A stretch of DNA of 64,000 nt from Thermodesulfobacteriota bacterium. GTDB taxonomy: Bacteria; Desulfobacterota; Desulfarculia; JACQYL01. The notes below the pieces were generated by a model. That model was not told the DNA's origin and made no database searches. It saw nothing but the letters and a program-made list of their open reading frames with translations. The stretch is from positions 928,001 through 992,000 of the forward strand of contig CAXXLZ010000002.1 of the NCBI GenBank assembly GCA_963675595.2, read 5' to 3'. Made by a program: the position numbers and the translations under genes. Below, piece after piece: positions 38,639 through 48,705 of the stretch (positions are counted from its first letter, which is position 1; each line of letters starts with the position of its first letter).

Positions 38639-39531
38639 GCCTCAAATACGTCTTTCATTTTGGCGTCCAAAGCTTTCAAATGTGACATGACCAACGATAT
38701 TCTTCTCTTGAGACTTTCCGGCATCGGAGTATCGCCCCAGTCATTATCTATGATGTTGATCAAGCGACTTTCCGTTTCAATAAACAACACGTCCTTAATA
38801 TCGGACTCGGAGGGAACACGATAGAAAATGAAGAGTCGACGATCACCGTTCCTGGTCAGAACAAACACGGAAACCGGCTGATTTCCGGCATGGATTTTGG
38901 ATGCAAAATACAACCAGAAACAGCTTTCGACCTCGGGCTCCTCGGAACGGAGCGCCACCGAGATTGCATGAGTAGGCGTCTTGCCGGCCGAAAAGTCCTG
39001 CAATACCATTAGATTATGAATTGCCCGTTCGACGGTCCCGGATTCCGTTTCGGTCTTGAGCAACGACGATGGGGCACGATTCAGGAAAGCCGCTTCGGCC
39101 TCTTGAAGCTCCGCGTCGGAGAAAGCCGACGAATCCAACCCGCGCAAACCCTCCGCGAGTTCATTCTCGCTTTGAGGCGCGCTTTTGAGAATCTCACGAA
39201 ATTTCAACCAGCAGGGACTCAGCAACAAAGACCACATGTTTGCAGGACCGATGGATTCCGCACCCGCCGACGAAAACAATGCGAAGGGATAGGGACGCAT
39301 CCCATCGGAACTCCTGGTGATAGTGCCCCAGACCGGTCCCTTTCCTTCTTCCAGGCGAAAGATGAAATCCAGATACAACAAGGCGTCGTTCGCCTCCTGT
39401 AGGGTATCGAACAGCGGGGAGATCATGTCCAGCCAGCGAATAAACGCATCCGTAGCGCGACCGGGCACGTAATCCCGGATGAATTCCCTGGAGAAGGGCA
39501 GCTTTCCGTAATATGAGACCTTGACGTTCAC
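38632..39531 (-). CDS. tagF: T6SS regulator TagF (ImpM/DUF2094)
   Basis: N-terminal YYGKLPFSREFI and S.DG.R.YPF motifs; directly downstream of tssM. Confidence 0.8.
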   Translation of the reverse strand: MNVKVSYYGKLPFSREFIRDYVPGRATDAFIRWLDMISPLFDTLQEANDALLYLDFIFRLEEGKGPVWGTITRSSDGMRPYPFALFSSAGAESIGPANMWSLLLSPCWLKFREILKSAPQSENELAEGLRGLDSSAFSDAELQEAEAAFLNRAPSSLLKTETESGTVERAIHNLMVLQDFSAGKTPTHAISVALRSEEPEVESCFWLYFASKIHAGNQPVSVFVLTRNGDRRLFIFYRVPSESDIKDVLFIETESRLINIIDNDWGDTPMPESLKRRISLVMSHLKALDAKMKDVFEAC

Positions 39532-39537
39532 GAACGC

Positions 39538-42500
39538 TCACTCGGATAGGGTCGAAGGGCAAGATATGGTCTGAAACGGCACCGATCGAGGGTCCTCTCC
39601 GGCGGATGCCCGCAGATGATAGGGAACCACGATTTCGGTCTCCCCCCCTCGATTCCGGTTCTCGTTCACCGGTATGTGCCAGTTGATCAAGTTCAGGCTC
39701 GACTCCTCGCCGGCCCGCAGAAGCTTAAGCAAGGACCAATGTCCGGTGAAGCCCATGCCGACATCGTCTTTGCGGCCTCGCTTGGTCGAGTAGCGAGCCT
39801 CAATGCCCGCGCGCTCGCAGGATCCCAATTCCCAGAGCCAGCCTTTCTTTGCTTTTGGCCCATTGAAATATCGCAACACACCGTGCTTCTCAGGATCACA
39901 TCGAATTTCCAGTGAATTCGACGTTACGAACAAATCTTTTCGTTCGTCCACCCCCCTGGACAGTGCTTTTGGAAGCTCGGTCTCAAAGACCAAAGTATGT
40001 TTTCTCTTGCCTCCATCGGGAAGGAAGAAATAGTTCGAAATGGAACACCATTGATTCAGAAATTCCGAGCTCAAAGGTCCCATGACACCGTCCACGGAAA
40101 GCCAGGAAGGATTCCTTACTTCACAATTCTCCAAACTGATAAATGGGAACGCCTCTTCAAGAAACCCCGCGACCGATCCTGTTTCAGGATGGAAGAAGTT
40201 GATCACGGAAACCATGTCCGCTTCCTTGCAGGAGGTCAAAGCTGATGGCTCGAACCTGCCGAACGGAAATCGGCCGGATATGTCCTTGGCAAATCGCAAA
40301 TGAACGGAAGCTTCCCACAACGCCTGCAAGTGTTTCGAGGCTTCCCGAACGAGGATTACTTGTTGGACCAAGATGGGGAACTCAAGTAGATTTTGCAGCC
40401 CCGTCTTCAACTCCGCATTGTCTATCGTAGACAAAAAGCCGTTGGTCATTACGGAGAGTTCTCCGGCCTGCCACACGCCTTCGTCTTCCGCCTGTGGGAA
40501 AAATACGGTTTTGATTTTCGAGAACTTGACCTCCTGGTTTGGTATGCCCACGATGCGCGACAGCCGGCCTACGAGAACCTCAACCAATGACTTATATTTG
40601 CCTTCAATCTCCTGATACTTATGTATTGCCTCAAACTTCTTCAACTCTCCGGCAAAGCCCTTCCAAACCTCATCCGAGTCCAAGTCGGCAACATAAGTAT
40701 TTTCAATGATCCGGTGCAGCGGTTCAAGATAGACACCGCTTGATATTAAATGAATAAGTTGCTCCGAATCAATTGATCTTAGTAAATCCTTATCTAAATT
40801 GATGCTCTTAATATGATTGTACCATGTATTTATATACGCCGATGAGTAGCTACCAACAAATTCGGGAACAGCCTTGTCCTCCAAGTCCGATCTTATAACG
40901 TCGTCAAGCTCGGACGAAGCTTGAAGGCCAATTAATGAATTAACTACCGATCTTACCTTCTCGTTGAAGCAACTCTTGCTAAATGCAATGGGAATCTCAT
41001 TGATGTTGGATATAATAATTGGATGCCATATTTCGTGAAATTGGCTAATCGTTGACTTATCGTATGATAAGGCCATGTTTCCGACAAAGTATTCTATATT
41101 TAACAAATCGGATAATGAGTTATTATCTATCGAATCACGCCTACTGTAATATTGATACTTCAGTCTATCCGAGTTCTGCAATGCCAAGTATAGATCCAGA
41201 TTTTCCTTAAGCTCTTGAATAACCGACCTGGTCTTGGCTTGCCATAGTTTGGTCATCCAATAATAATCGTTGGGCGTAAGCGCATGTTCATTCGATTTCA
41301 GGCCTTTTGACAAAGAGCCGGCGGAAGGCTCATACTTGGCACCTTTGGTCTCGTCCAGGGTCTTACTTCGGCTTTCTTCAGACGCCTCAAGGTCAGGGGC
41401 CACATTTGAAGCTTTGTTGCTATCGAACTCTGCCTCCGAGATTCGAGACAAGGGTACTCCCCGCCTCGTGAGTTCGACTTTGACGGTCTGAAGGTATCCA
41501 CCATAGGCTCGCAAACGGAGAATCATTTCCTCGTAATCCAGATGCCGCTCCTCCGTGTCACCGGGACGGGCCGAAAAACCTGCGACAAGCGAATTGAGAG
41601 TGGGGTTAAGCACCGCCTCCTCAAAATGGTGAAGGTAGAAGGACTTCATGTTTGAAGCGGGTGCCCTGTCAGCATGAAATCCGAAAACTCGAGCAGGGTG
41701 CAATATGGAGACTTCATCCAATCGTTCGATGTCTCTTCCGATTCCGTAAAGGATGTGATTCAGTCGCGCAATATTCCCTGAAACTCGCTGCGCTTTTTGG
41801 AACTCGCCGACACTTCTTTTCAGGCCGCCCACCTGGTTGAGGTTCAGGAAGAAAGAAGCGGACATCCCTGCAACCAGAAGCAGCAACCCTATGCAGGCGC
41901 CACCGTATAGAAATCTGAGAGATCGTCGTTCCTTGGTGAGTCTGAGTGCCGATTTCGAAGCCAGATTCTGGTCCCTCACCAGAATACGAGTAAAGAAATC
42001 CCGAAGAAAATAGCTCTTTGAACGAGTCTCGGGAGAGAATGTCTTCAGTCTGCTCGGAAAGCCCAACTTATCCAGAAGCGAAGTGACCACGGTTCCCACC
42101 TGATGGCCGCTGGTCAAGTAGAAGCCGCGAAAGAAAGGGGAAGGGAAATACGGATTGGACTGAAAAAGCGATTCCATCCATAGGGACAGGGGCTTTTGAA
42201 GTTGCCGAAACTCGTCGGGGAAGGAGAAGATCGGCTGTATGGATTCTACGGATGTATCGGAATCTTCAAGAATAGAGATTCTGTATCTTTCGAAGCGTTC
42301 CATCAGTGTTTGAAACGCCCCGCCGAAGGTTTCATCGGGAGCATCCAGGTCCATCCGGTCATTTGTCCACCCAAGAGCTTCAAAATGCTTCTCCTCTGGG
42401 AAGCCTGCAAAAAACTCCGTAAATCCGTTGATTAGATCGCATTTGGTGACAAGAATGAAAACCGGAACCCTCAACCCCAGTTCTTGCGTAATCTGGTCGA

Positions 42501-43200
42501 TCTTTGACCGGGCGCGACGAGCCTCGTCTTGGATCTGTTCCAAAGGTCTTTTGACAAGGCCTTCGGCGGGAATGGCAAGGATGATCCCGTTGATCGGAAG
42601 CTTCTTGCGATAGCGAGCCAAAAGTTTTAGAAATACGCTCCATTCGGACCGATCGGCTTCCTTGTTCACCTCCATGGTGTATCTACCCGCGGTATCCAAC
42701 ATGATAAAGCGGTCCGAGAACCACCAGTCGCAGTTTCTCGTTCCTCCCGTACCCTGAATCGGCTCTCCCATGGGAAATTCCGCACCGCTTTGACGGATGG
42801 CGGTGCTCTTTCCCGAAGCCGGCTCGCCCATGATGATGAACCAGGGCAGATAATACAGTGGGTCCTTCCTCCGCCCCACATGACTGGCCTTCAGCTTTTC
42901 AAGAGCCTCTTTCCATTGTTTTCTCAACTCTTCCACGGATCGCTGGGTCAGCAGATTGACGGAATCCAGCTCCCCTTGAGTGAGAGAGTCCAGCTCCCGT
43001 ATGAATTTCTTCGAACGGGTCACCTCCAGATAAAGGTGCACGAAATAGACGATCCCATACACCAGAATCAGCACCAAAAAGGACAGCACGGTTACGGGCC
43101 ATTCCGGCTGCAAGTTCCAGATGACAAAGGCGAGAATCAGGACGGTTGTGATAAAAGCCACCCAGAACAGATACTTGAACTTGAGCCATTGTTTGACCAT
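39538..43200 (-). CDS. tssM: T6SS membrane-complex protein TssM (IcmF)
   Basis: YYLPWFIIMG, GEPASGKST, CDWWF, DTAGRY, PINGII, TKCDLI.GFTEFF, FRGFYLTSG; C-terminal GRFPF. Confidence 0.95.
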   Translation of the reverse strand: MVKQWLKFKYLFWVAFITTVLILAFVIWNLQPEWPVTVLSFLVLILVYGIVYFVHLYLEVTRSKKFIRELDSLTQGELDSVNLLTQRSVEELRKQWKEALEKLKASHVGRRKDPLYYLPWFIIMGEPASGKSTAIRQSGAEFPMGEPIQGTGGTRNCDWWFSDRFIMLDTAGRYTMEVNKEADRSEWSVFLKLLARYRKKLPINGIILAIPAEGLVKRPLEQIQDEARRARSKIDQITQELGLRVPVFILVTKCDLINGFTEFFAGFPEEKHFEALGWTNDRMDLDAPDETFGGAFQTLMERFERYRISILEDSDTSVESIQPIFSFPDEFRQLQKPLSLWMESLFQSNPYFPSPFFRGFYLTSGHQVGTVVTSLLDKLGFPSRLKTFSPETRSKSYFLRDFFTRILVRDQNLASKSALRLTKERRSLRFLYGGACIGLLLLVAGMSASFFLNLNQVGGLKRSVGEFQKAQRVSGNIARLNHILYGIGRDIERLDEVSILHPARVFGFHADRAPASNMKSFYLHHFEEAVLNPTLNSLVAGFSARPGDTEERHLDYEEMILRLRAYGGYLQTVKVELTRRGVPLSRISEAEFDSNKASNVAPDLEASEESRSKTLDETKGAKYEPSAGSLSKGLKSNEHALTPNDYYWMTKLWQAKTRSVIQELKENLDLYLALQNSDRLKYQYYSRRDSIDNNSLSDLLNIEYFVGNMALSYDKSTISQFHEIWHPIIISNINEIPIAFSKSCFNEKVRSVVNSLIGLQASSELDDVIRSDLEDKAVPEFVGSYSSAYINTWYNHIKSINLDKDLLRSIDSEQLIHLISSGVYLEPLHRIIENTYVADLDSDEVWKGFAGELKKFEAIHKYQEIEGKYKSLVEVLVGRLSRIVGIPNQEVKFSKIKTVFFPQAEDEGVWQAGELSVMTNGFLSTIDNAELKTGLQNLLEFPILVQQVILVREASKHLQALWEASVHLRFAKDISGRFPFGRFEPSALTSCKEADMVSVINFFHPETGSVAGFLEEAFPFISLENCEVRNPSWLSVDGVMGPLSSEFLNQWCSISNYFFLPDGGKRKHTLVFETELPKALSRGVDERKDLFVTSNSLEIRCDPEKHGVLRYFNGPKAKKGWLWELGSCERAGIEARYSTKRGRKDDVGMGFTGHWSLLKLLRAGEESSLNLINWHIPVNENRNRGGETEIVVPYHLRASAGEDPRSVPFQTISCPSTLSE

Positions 43201-43215
43201 GAGCTTCTCTCTTCC

Positions 43216-43869
43216 CTATAGGCTGATCGATGCGAGAAAAGATTCCATTTGCCGACGAAGCAGGAATGAATAGGTAAAATACAGAACGAGCAACAGAACG
43301 ATTGGAATGCCTACCCACAGAGGAGAAGGGCGAGACACGATGGGCCCGGCTTCCTCCCGGAGGTTGGTATCATAAGCGGCGGGAGAAATGTGTTCCTGGG
43401 CGATTGGGTTGAGGTGGGACGTGCGATGCAGCAGCTCTGATTTCAGTTTGCCGATGGCCTCCGGCCGAGATTGATACTTGCCGAGAAATCCGAGAGACAG
43501 GCAAGTGTAATAGATCTCGCAAAGGTCTTGATTGCCTTCACCGATCGCTTCCAGCCTGCGATAGAAATCCACACCTGCGGTATGAGTTCCGAAGTAGTAG
43601 TTTTGAAGCAAATTCGCCTGCCATTCTCGACGATACTCCCATTTGGAGTTCAGCACCACTTCGTCCATCAGCGCGGCCAAGGCAAATTGAGCGTTTTCCA
43701 TATCATCGCCGGGAATTCCCAGCCGCGTGCCTTCCTTGCGTTGCTCGTCGAACATTCCTTCAACCTTGGTGCGCAACTCGTGATATTCCAGCCTATCCTC
43801 AGGATTCAAGGCTTTGAATGAAAGCACAACCTGGAAAAACTCGGATGCAAGCCCCATGAGCGATGACAT
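43216..43869 (-). CDS. tssL: T6SS protein TssL (DotU), short form without OmpA
   Basis: AQFALAALMDE.VL, W...LLQ..YFG...AG..F, YY.CLSLGF.GKY; C-terminal TM. Confidence 0.93.
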   Translation of the reverse strand: MSSLMGLASEFFQVVLSFKALNPEDRLEYHELRTKVEGMFDEQRKEGTRLGIPGDDMENAQFALAALMDEVVLNSKWEYRREWQANLLQNYYFGTHTAGVDFYRRLEAIGEGNQDLCEIYYTCLSLGFLGKYQSRPEAIGKLKSELLHRTSHLNPIAQEHISPAAYDTNLREEAGPIVSRPSPLWVGIPIVLLLVLYFTYSFLLRRQMESFLASISL

Positions 43870-43892
43870 ACTTCCTCCCAACCCGGACGAGC

Positions 43893-45281
43893 TTATCGTG
43901 GGTTTCCCCTTTTAGCCACATGTTTTCCGGACAAAATGACATAGACCTCAAAGGTTATCCTTTGAGGAGAAATATCTGCGTAAACACACAAATTACCCGA
44001 TTTCCGAACGTCTTCCCAATGGGGATCCCCTGAATCCATCCTGAAATATTGCCTGTCCAGTTGTTTGGGTATCTCGCCGGGGGGCTCTGAGAGGTGGGTC
44101 ACGGGAACACCGGGCAACGCCCTGAAGATCAGCGACTCCATTTGGCTTCGACTGCTGATTTTCGCCTGATTCACAACCAGGTCTCGCGCTTCCTCTTCCG
44201 ACAAGCCGCCCCCCACGGCAAGGACGAAGGAATTCTCCGGAGCCAGCCATGAAGCATCCAAATCAATACAAAAGAAGTCTCCGTCGAAAACCAGGGTGGC
44301 CATGTCGTAAAAAGTGGGCACGCTCACGTCGAGGAGGTTTCTGATCTTCTCCGACAAAGGCAGGAAGGAGGAGAAGAGGTTTTCGTGGTCGTAGTTTGGA
44401 ACGTCCCACGGCGTCTCCGCCATGGAGAAGGCGCACAGCCCACCGTAGAAACGACAAAGGTTCAAATAGAATTCGTAGGGATGCACGCCGCCGTCTTGAA
44501 CCATCACGCTCAGCTCGGGAATAGCGGAGCAGAGCGCAAAAAACAGCGACGTGCCGGCTCCTCCCTGCTTGCGATAGGTGCTTTCAATCAACGCACGATT
44601 CGACTGCTCTTCAGCGATCACTTTGGCTCTCGCTGTGACGAGATCCAGCAAGCGGCTGCAGAAGTCATGCAGGTAGGGAAAGGAGGAAATCCTGAGCGCC
44701 GGCGGAAAATAGTCTTGGGAAACGGCATAGGGTGGGTCTTTTCTTCCCGTGGATAGAATCTCCATCACCTTGACCGCTTCGAAAATCCCCAGCTCGGGCT
44801 TCTCCGTTGAAAAGAGGATGGAGCCCTGCAACTCGAGCGTTTCCACCTGGACAGTGTTTTCGCCGGTGTTCTGGTCCGGTATTTCAACGAGCTTGGGGTT
44901 GGTTCTCGGGGCGCCCTGCGACGTTTGCCCGGCGGCCACATTCGCTTGTTTCGATCCATGGCGGCGAACGCCGACGTACACACCCAAAGGCTCGCCCGGT
45001 TGAATCAAGTTCTTGAACTCACGGCGTTCGAGGCGGCCTCCCCCGGGATACCTGAAAAGGGTCCCACCGGGGAGAATCAGTTCGCACTTGTTGAATTCGA
45101 CCGCCATGTTTTCCAGAGCATCCTGGTCCAATTCAAGCCGGATCACACCCCATGCGTGCCGGTTGATCGACCTGAGCAGATCATCCGTTCTGGTTTCCTG
45201 ATATCTGTCAGACAATTGGAGATGATGAGGCCTAAGGAAAAGACCCTCTCGCCAGTATACACTATTAGACCATTCCGACAT
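43893..45281 (-). CDS. tssK: T6SS baseplate protein TssK
   Basis: VYWREGLFLRPHHLQ, HP..FY..L, Y.H.NL and ALPGVP. Confidence 0.95.
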   Translation of the reverse strand: MSEWSNSVYWREGLFLRPHHLQLSDRYQETRTDDLLRSINRHAWGVIRLELDQDALENMAVEFNKCELILPGGTLFRYPGGGRLERREFKNLIQPGEPLGVYVGVRRHGSKQANVAAGQTSQGAPRTNPKLVEIPDQNTGENTVQVETLELQGSILFSTEKPELGIFEAVKVMEILSTGRKDPPYAVSQDYFPPALRISSFPYLHDFCSRLLDLVTARAKVIAEEQSNRALIESTYRKQGGAGTSLFFALCSAIPELSVMVQDGGVHPYEFYLNLCRFYGGLCAFSMAETPWDVPNYDHENLFSSFLPLSEKIRNLLDVSVPTFYDMATLVFDGDFFCIDLDASWLAPENSFVLAVGGGLSEEEARDLVVNQAKISSRSQMESLIFRALPGVPVTHLSEPPGEIPKQLDRQYFRMDSGDPHWEDVRKSGNLCVYADISPQRITFEVYVILSGKHVAKRGNPR

Positions 45282-45388
45282 TATGGGTCGCTATGCCTCC
45301 AAGGATATAAGCGGACATTATATTTTCGGTTTAAAAATAGAAACATAAGCACAAGCTCTTACATAAACTACAAATCATGAACTTCCTG

Positions 45389-46600
45389 CTATTCCTTTTT
45401 TGAGCTCTGAATCTTCAGACCTTCAATGAAATAAGGTTCGATCACCTTCTTGTACCTATCGATTCCGGACCAGGAATGAAGTAGCTTTAAAACGTTCTTG
45501 TAGTTCGGTTTCATATTTGCAGGCATCCAGGATACGTTTTTTCCGGAACCTTCCGATTCCAATGCCGACAGCATGTTTTCGAGACCCTGTGTCGTGGAAA
45601 ACTGGTGAACTTCAAGGACTGCGGGGACCAGTGCTTTCAGTTGTTCCACGCTGGAAGCCAATTGTTCCTCGAAATCAGCGTCGTGAGCCGTCATCATGTC
45701 TTTGAACTTATGAAGCGGGGTTTTGATTCCCGCCGATTTGAGCAATTCAGCCCTTATGTTCGAAAGTTGGTCGAACAAGTCGACCAAAAGGTTCATAGCT
45801 CGGGCGAAAGACCCGGCCCGACGGTTCCACCCTTCTTCCACGGCCGTTCGTAATGCCGTGTCTTCATCCCCGAGATACGTGGAAAGAAAAGCCCTCAACA
45901 CGTCGAAACCCAAATCCCGACTCAAAGCCAGCTCCCGCTCCAACGCATCCACCCGGTCTTCCAGTCGAGCCCCCATCAGATCGGAATCACGTGGCTTCTC
46001 ATGCAACGGCTCTTGTGACGGCTCCGACGTCACCTGCTCGGCCTCTTCGGGATCAACCTTCATTTCAACCGGTGACAGGTCCGGAGGTTTCGAAGCAGTT
46101 TGAGGAGTCTCGGTCTCGGAGGCCCTCTCGGAAGCGGCAGGCTCCGGAAGCTTTGAGTCGGCTGACGTTTCCGGAACCGGCTCCGGCGATTCTTTCGGCA
46201 CATCCGAGGACTCGTTCCTTCCAGGACTCTCCCCGAGCACGAATTGCGGCTCGCTCTGCAACCGGTCAAGCAGATACTTGAGGCTTCTCTTGAGGGCGGC
46301 TTTGCGCGTTACGGGCCCCCGGCCCAACATGTCCATCAGCTCACTCCAAAGGAGAAGCGCCGGAGCCTCCAATGCTTCCGGGCTGATCGTGCCTTTCACC
46401 CCGGGCAGCAAAGGAAAGACCCTTTCCACGGCATCGGTCAAAGCCGCCGCAAAGGCCGTCCTGCTCGCATCGGACGCTGTTGCTTCCGCCAGGGAACATT
46501 CCGCCCAAAGCCGGTTCCCCAGCTGGTCCGCAAGTTGGAACACCATATCGCCGTTGGTATTCATAATTCTCCCGTCAACATATGCTGAAGGGCTCCCCAC
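45389..46600 (-). CDS. Hypothetical protein with a Pro/Glu-rich linker; C-terminus possibly TagH-C-like
   Basis: 403-aa ORF in the operon between the pseudokinase and tssK; function not assignable. Confidence 0.6.
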   Translation of the reverse strand: MGSPSAYVDGRIMNTNGDMVFQLADQLGNRLWAECSLAEATASDASRTAFAAALTDAVERVFPLLPGVKGTISPEALEAPALLLWSELMDMLGRGPVTRKAALKRSLKYLLDRLQSEPQFVLGESPGRNESSDVPKESPEPVPETSADSKLPEPAASERASETETPQTASKPPDLSPVEMKVDPEEAEQVTSEPSQEPLHEKPRDSDLMGARLEDRVDALERELALSRDLGFDVLRAFLSTYLGDEDTALRTAVEEGWNRRAGSFARAMNLLVDLFDQLSNIRAELLKSAGIKTPLHKFKDMMTAHDADFEEQLASSVEQLKALVPAVLEVHQFSTTQGLENMLSALESEGSGKNVSWMPANMKPNYKNVLKLLHSWSGIDRYKKVIEPYFIEGLKIQSSKKE

Positions 46601-46606
46601 ATCGTG

Positions 46607-48259
46607 TCAGGGGATTTTCTCGAGTTCCCTGTTGATCGTTCCTTCGCCGCCCGCAACCACACGCAGATTGCCGCTCCATTCCCGGTGGCCCGGGAGCGAC
46701 AACCTGAGTTCATAGATCCCGGGTCTCAGGTTTAAATCAATGGGAGTAAGGCCCTTTACCTGCCCCGAAATGATTACTTGGGCTCCTTCCGGGCGAGACT
46801 TCACCAGAATTCGACCCCTTTCCTCCCCCATCCAAACATACCCAAGAGCCGCCAGGGTACCGACCAGCATCACCAGGCCGGCACAGATCCCAAATCTGAG
46901 CCGCTTCAGTTTCTTTCCTTGGCCTGTAGCCATGCGCGTCTGTCTGAAATCATTTCGATGGCCTTCCGTGGATGCCCGGGGGATGGTCGGCATCTCAAAT
47001 TCCCGCCGGGAACTGCCGGGGCCACGCCGATCATTGGATTCATAGGAATTCGGCATGGATGCATCGCCGAAGATGCTGGTTTCAAACAGTGAAGGTTCTC
47101 TTGTATCCTCTCCCCCTACGAACTCGGCAAATCCGTGCAACCTGCGGGCCAGCCCCAAACGCAGCTTCCGAAAGCCTCTGGGAGGAACCGTCGGAGCCGG
47201 ATAGGCGGGCCGCGGCGAATACGGCGCCGGGGTCCCGAGTCCGGGGGCCGGCGGAGGGTCCCCAAGAAATCCTCCGACACCGACGGTAGCCTCCACGGGT
47301 TCCGACTCGTTCGAATCTCCCGCACCGGTAGGACGTACGGCAACAGGCCCTTCAGGTTCGGTTCGTTCCGAAAGGGCTCCATCCCCTCTCGCAGGGCTCA
47401 GCGACTCGCCCAATCTCCGGGGAACGTCTTCCGCATAGGCACAGGATGCGCACGCATGAAGATCCGCCAGGAAATCGGACGGGATTGCGTAGCGCTTGGC
47501 GGGATCGCGGTTGAGCAGTTTCGAAATCATGCTCCGGATTTCGGGGCTGCAATCAAGGTTCTCCAGTTCGGAAGCGTAATCCTGGTCCAGAATCATGACG
47601 TAGGCGTCGGTCGGGCGCATTGGGTTGAACAAAGGCTTTCCGGATAGAATCTCGTACCAGATCAAGCCCAAGGCAAACAGGTCCGATCGGACCGTAGTGG
47701 CTTCCCCCCTCATCTGTTCCGGCGAATAGTATTGAAAGTCGCTCGCATCGATGCGGGTCTGGAGTACGCGCGTCACGGCAAGCACTTTGCCGATGCCCCA
47801 AGAGCGCACTCTGATTTCCCCACCCGGACCCACCAGTATATTTTGAGGGCTGAGCTCCCCGTGTACCGCCAGGGCATCACACTCATAGGCCTGCGCCAAA
47901 GCCGATGCCGCTTCATGAACAACGACATTGCCCCATTCTTCGGGGAGATCCGGCAAAGCGGGTCTCTTTTCAAAAATCCAGGCCAAGGAGTTGGCTTCAT
48001 GGTGCTCCGTGACCACGTATTTTCCTTCGTCGCAATCCCCGAATTCCAGAATCGATACGAGGTTTGGGCCTTTAAGCGATGCCGCCCTGTGCATTTCCGT
48101 GTCAAAGGATCGTTCAAACCGGGGTCCTAAGTGCTCGGAACCGTGGATCAAAAGCAGTTCCAAATCCGTTCGGCCGCTCCGATCGTCCCGAGCCAGGAAC
48201 AGGGAGACCAAGTCCGATTCTTCCAACGTTAAATAGGTCTCAAAATGAGGAAAACGCAT
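46607..48259 (-). CDS. Ser/Thr pseudokinase with Pro-rich linker, TM and PEGA domain
   Basis: Kinase fold (YYSPEQ, SDLFALG..WYE.L.G) but HRD is HGE, DFG is SWG, and the Gly loop and catalytic Lys are absent; PEGA (SRPEGAQVII.G..KG.TP). Confidence 0.82.
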   Translation of the reverse strand: MRFPHFETYLTLEESDLVSLFLARDDRSGRTDLELLLIHGSEHLGPRFERSFDTEMHRAASLKGPNLVSILEFGDCDEGKYVVTEHHEANSLAWIFEKRPALPDLPEEWGNVVVHEAASALAQAYECDALAVHGELSPQNILVGPGGEIRVRSWGIGKVLAVTRVLQTRIDASDFQYYSPEQMRGEATTVRSDLFALGLIWYEILSGKPLFNPMRPTDAYVMILDQDYASELENLDCSPEIRSMISKLLNRDPAKRYAIPSDFLADLHACASCAYAEDVPRRLGESLSPARGDGALSERTEPEGPVAVRPTGAGDSNESEPVEATVGVGGFLGDPPPAPGLGTPAPYSPRPAYPAPTVPPRGFRKLRLGLARRLHGFAEFVGGEDTREPSLFETSIFGDASMPNSYESNDRRGPGSSRREFEMPTIPRASTEGHRNDFRQTRMATGQGKKLKRLRFGICAGLVMLVGTLAALGYVWMGEERGRILVKSRPEGAQVIISGQVKGLTPIDLNLRPGIYELRLSLPGHREWSGNLRVVAGGEGTINRELEKIP

Positions 48260-48351
48260 TTTACCTACCGTAAAACTCCTGAACAGATTAAGGGATCGCG
48301 TGCTGCGGGTTTGAATACAAAATCACCGGGATCAAGTGCCCCTTTCGGTTC

Positions 48352-48670
48352 CTACTCAATGGTCCTGAAGAGCAATCCAAATGAGGCGTCCAGAGTCCCC
48401 GAGGGCAGCAACGAAGCGACCGTCCCGCTCTGGGAATCCGCCGCGTTCAAGGTGAAGCTGTACCCTCCGTTCAAGATATCGCCCGAGGACACCCCGTCCG
48501 AGTAGTCGGGATCCAGAAACGCGGTGAGTGTGCCTCCGGCGGCCACCACCGCCACGGAAGACCCGGTGACGTATTTCTGAAAATAGAATTTTTCGCCCGT
48601 GGTCGGGCCCGACCAGATGCCATTGGCCGGAGATCCGACCGTTCCTTCAACGGCTTCAAACAACAAGGCC
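48352..48670 (-). pseudogene. Orphan 3' fragment carrying the ~95-aa domain found twice in the PKD-FGE proteins
   Basis: SPANGIWS...FYFQKY.TGS.V.V...AFLD...DG aligns with TPANHGIWK...YYVQTYDTGSAVA...VFLD...DG; no convincing start. Confidence 0.55.
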
Positions 48671-48705
48671 TTCCTACACAGATATTTGAGATACACATAA
48701 ATCAT

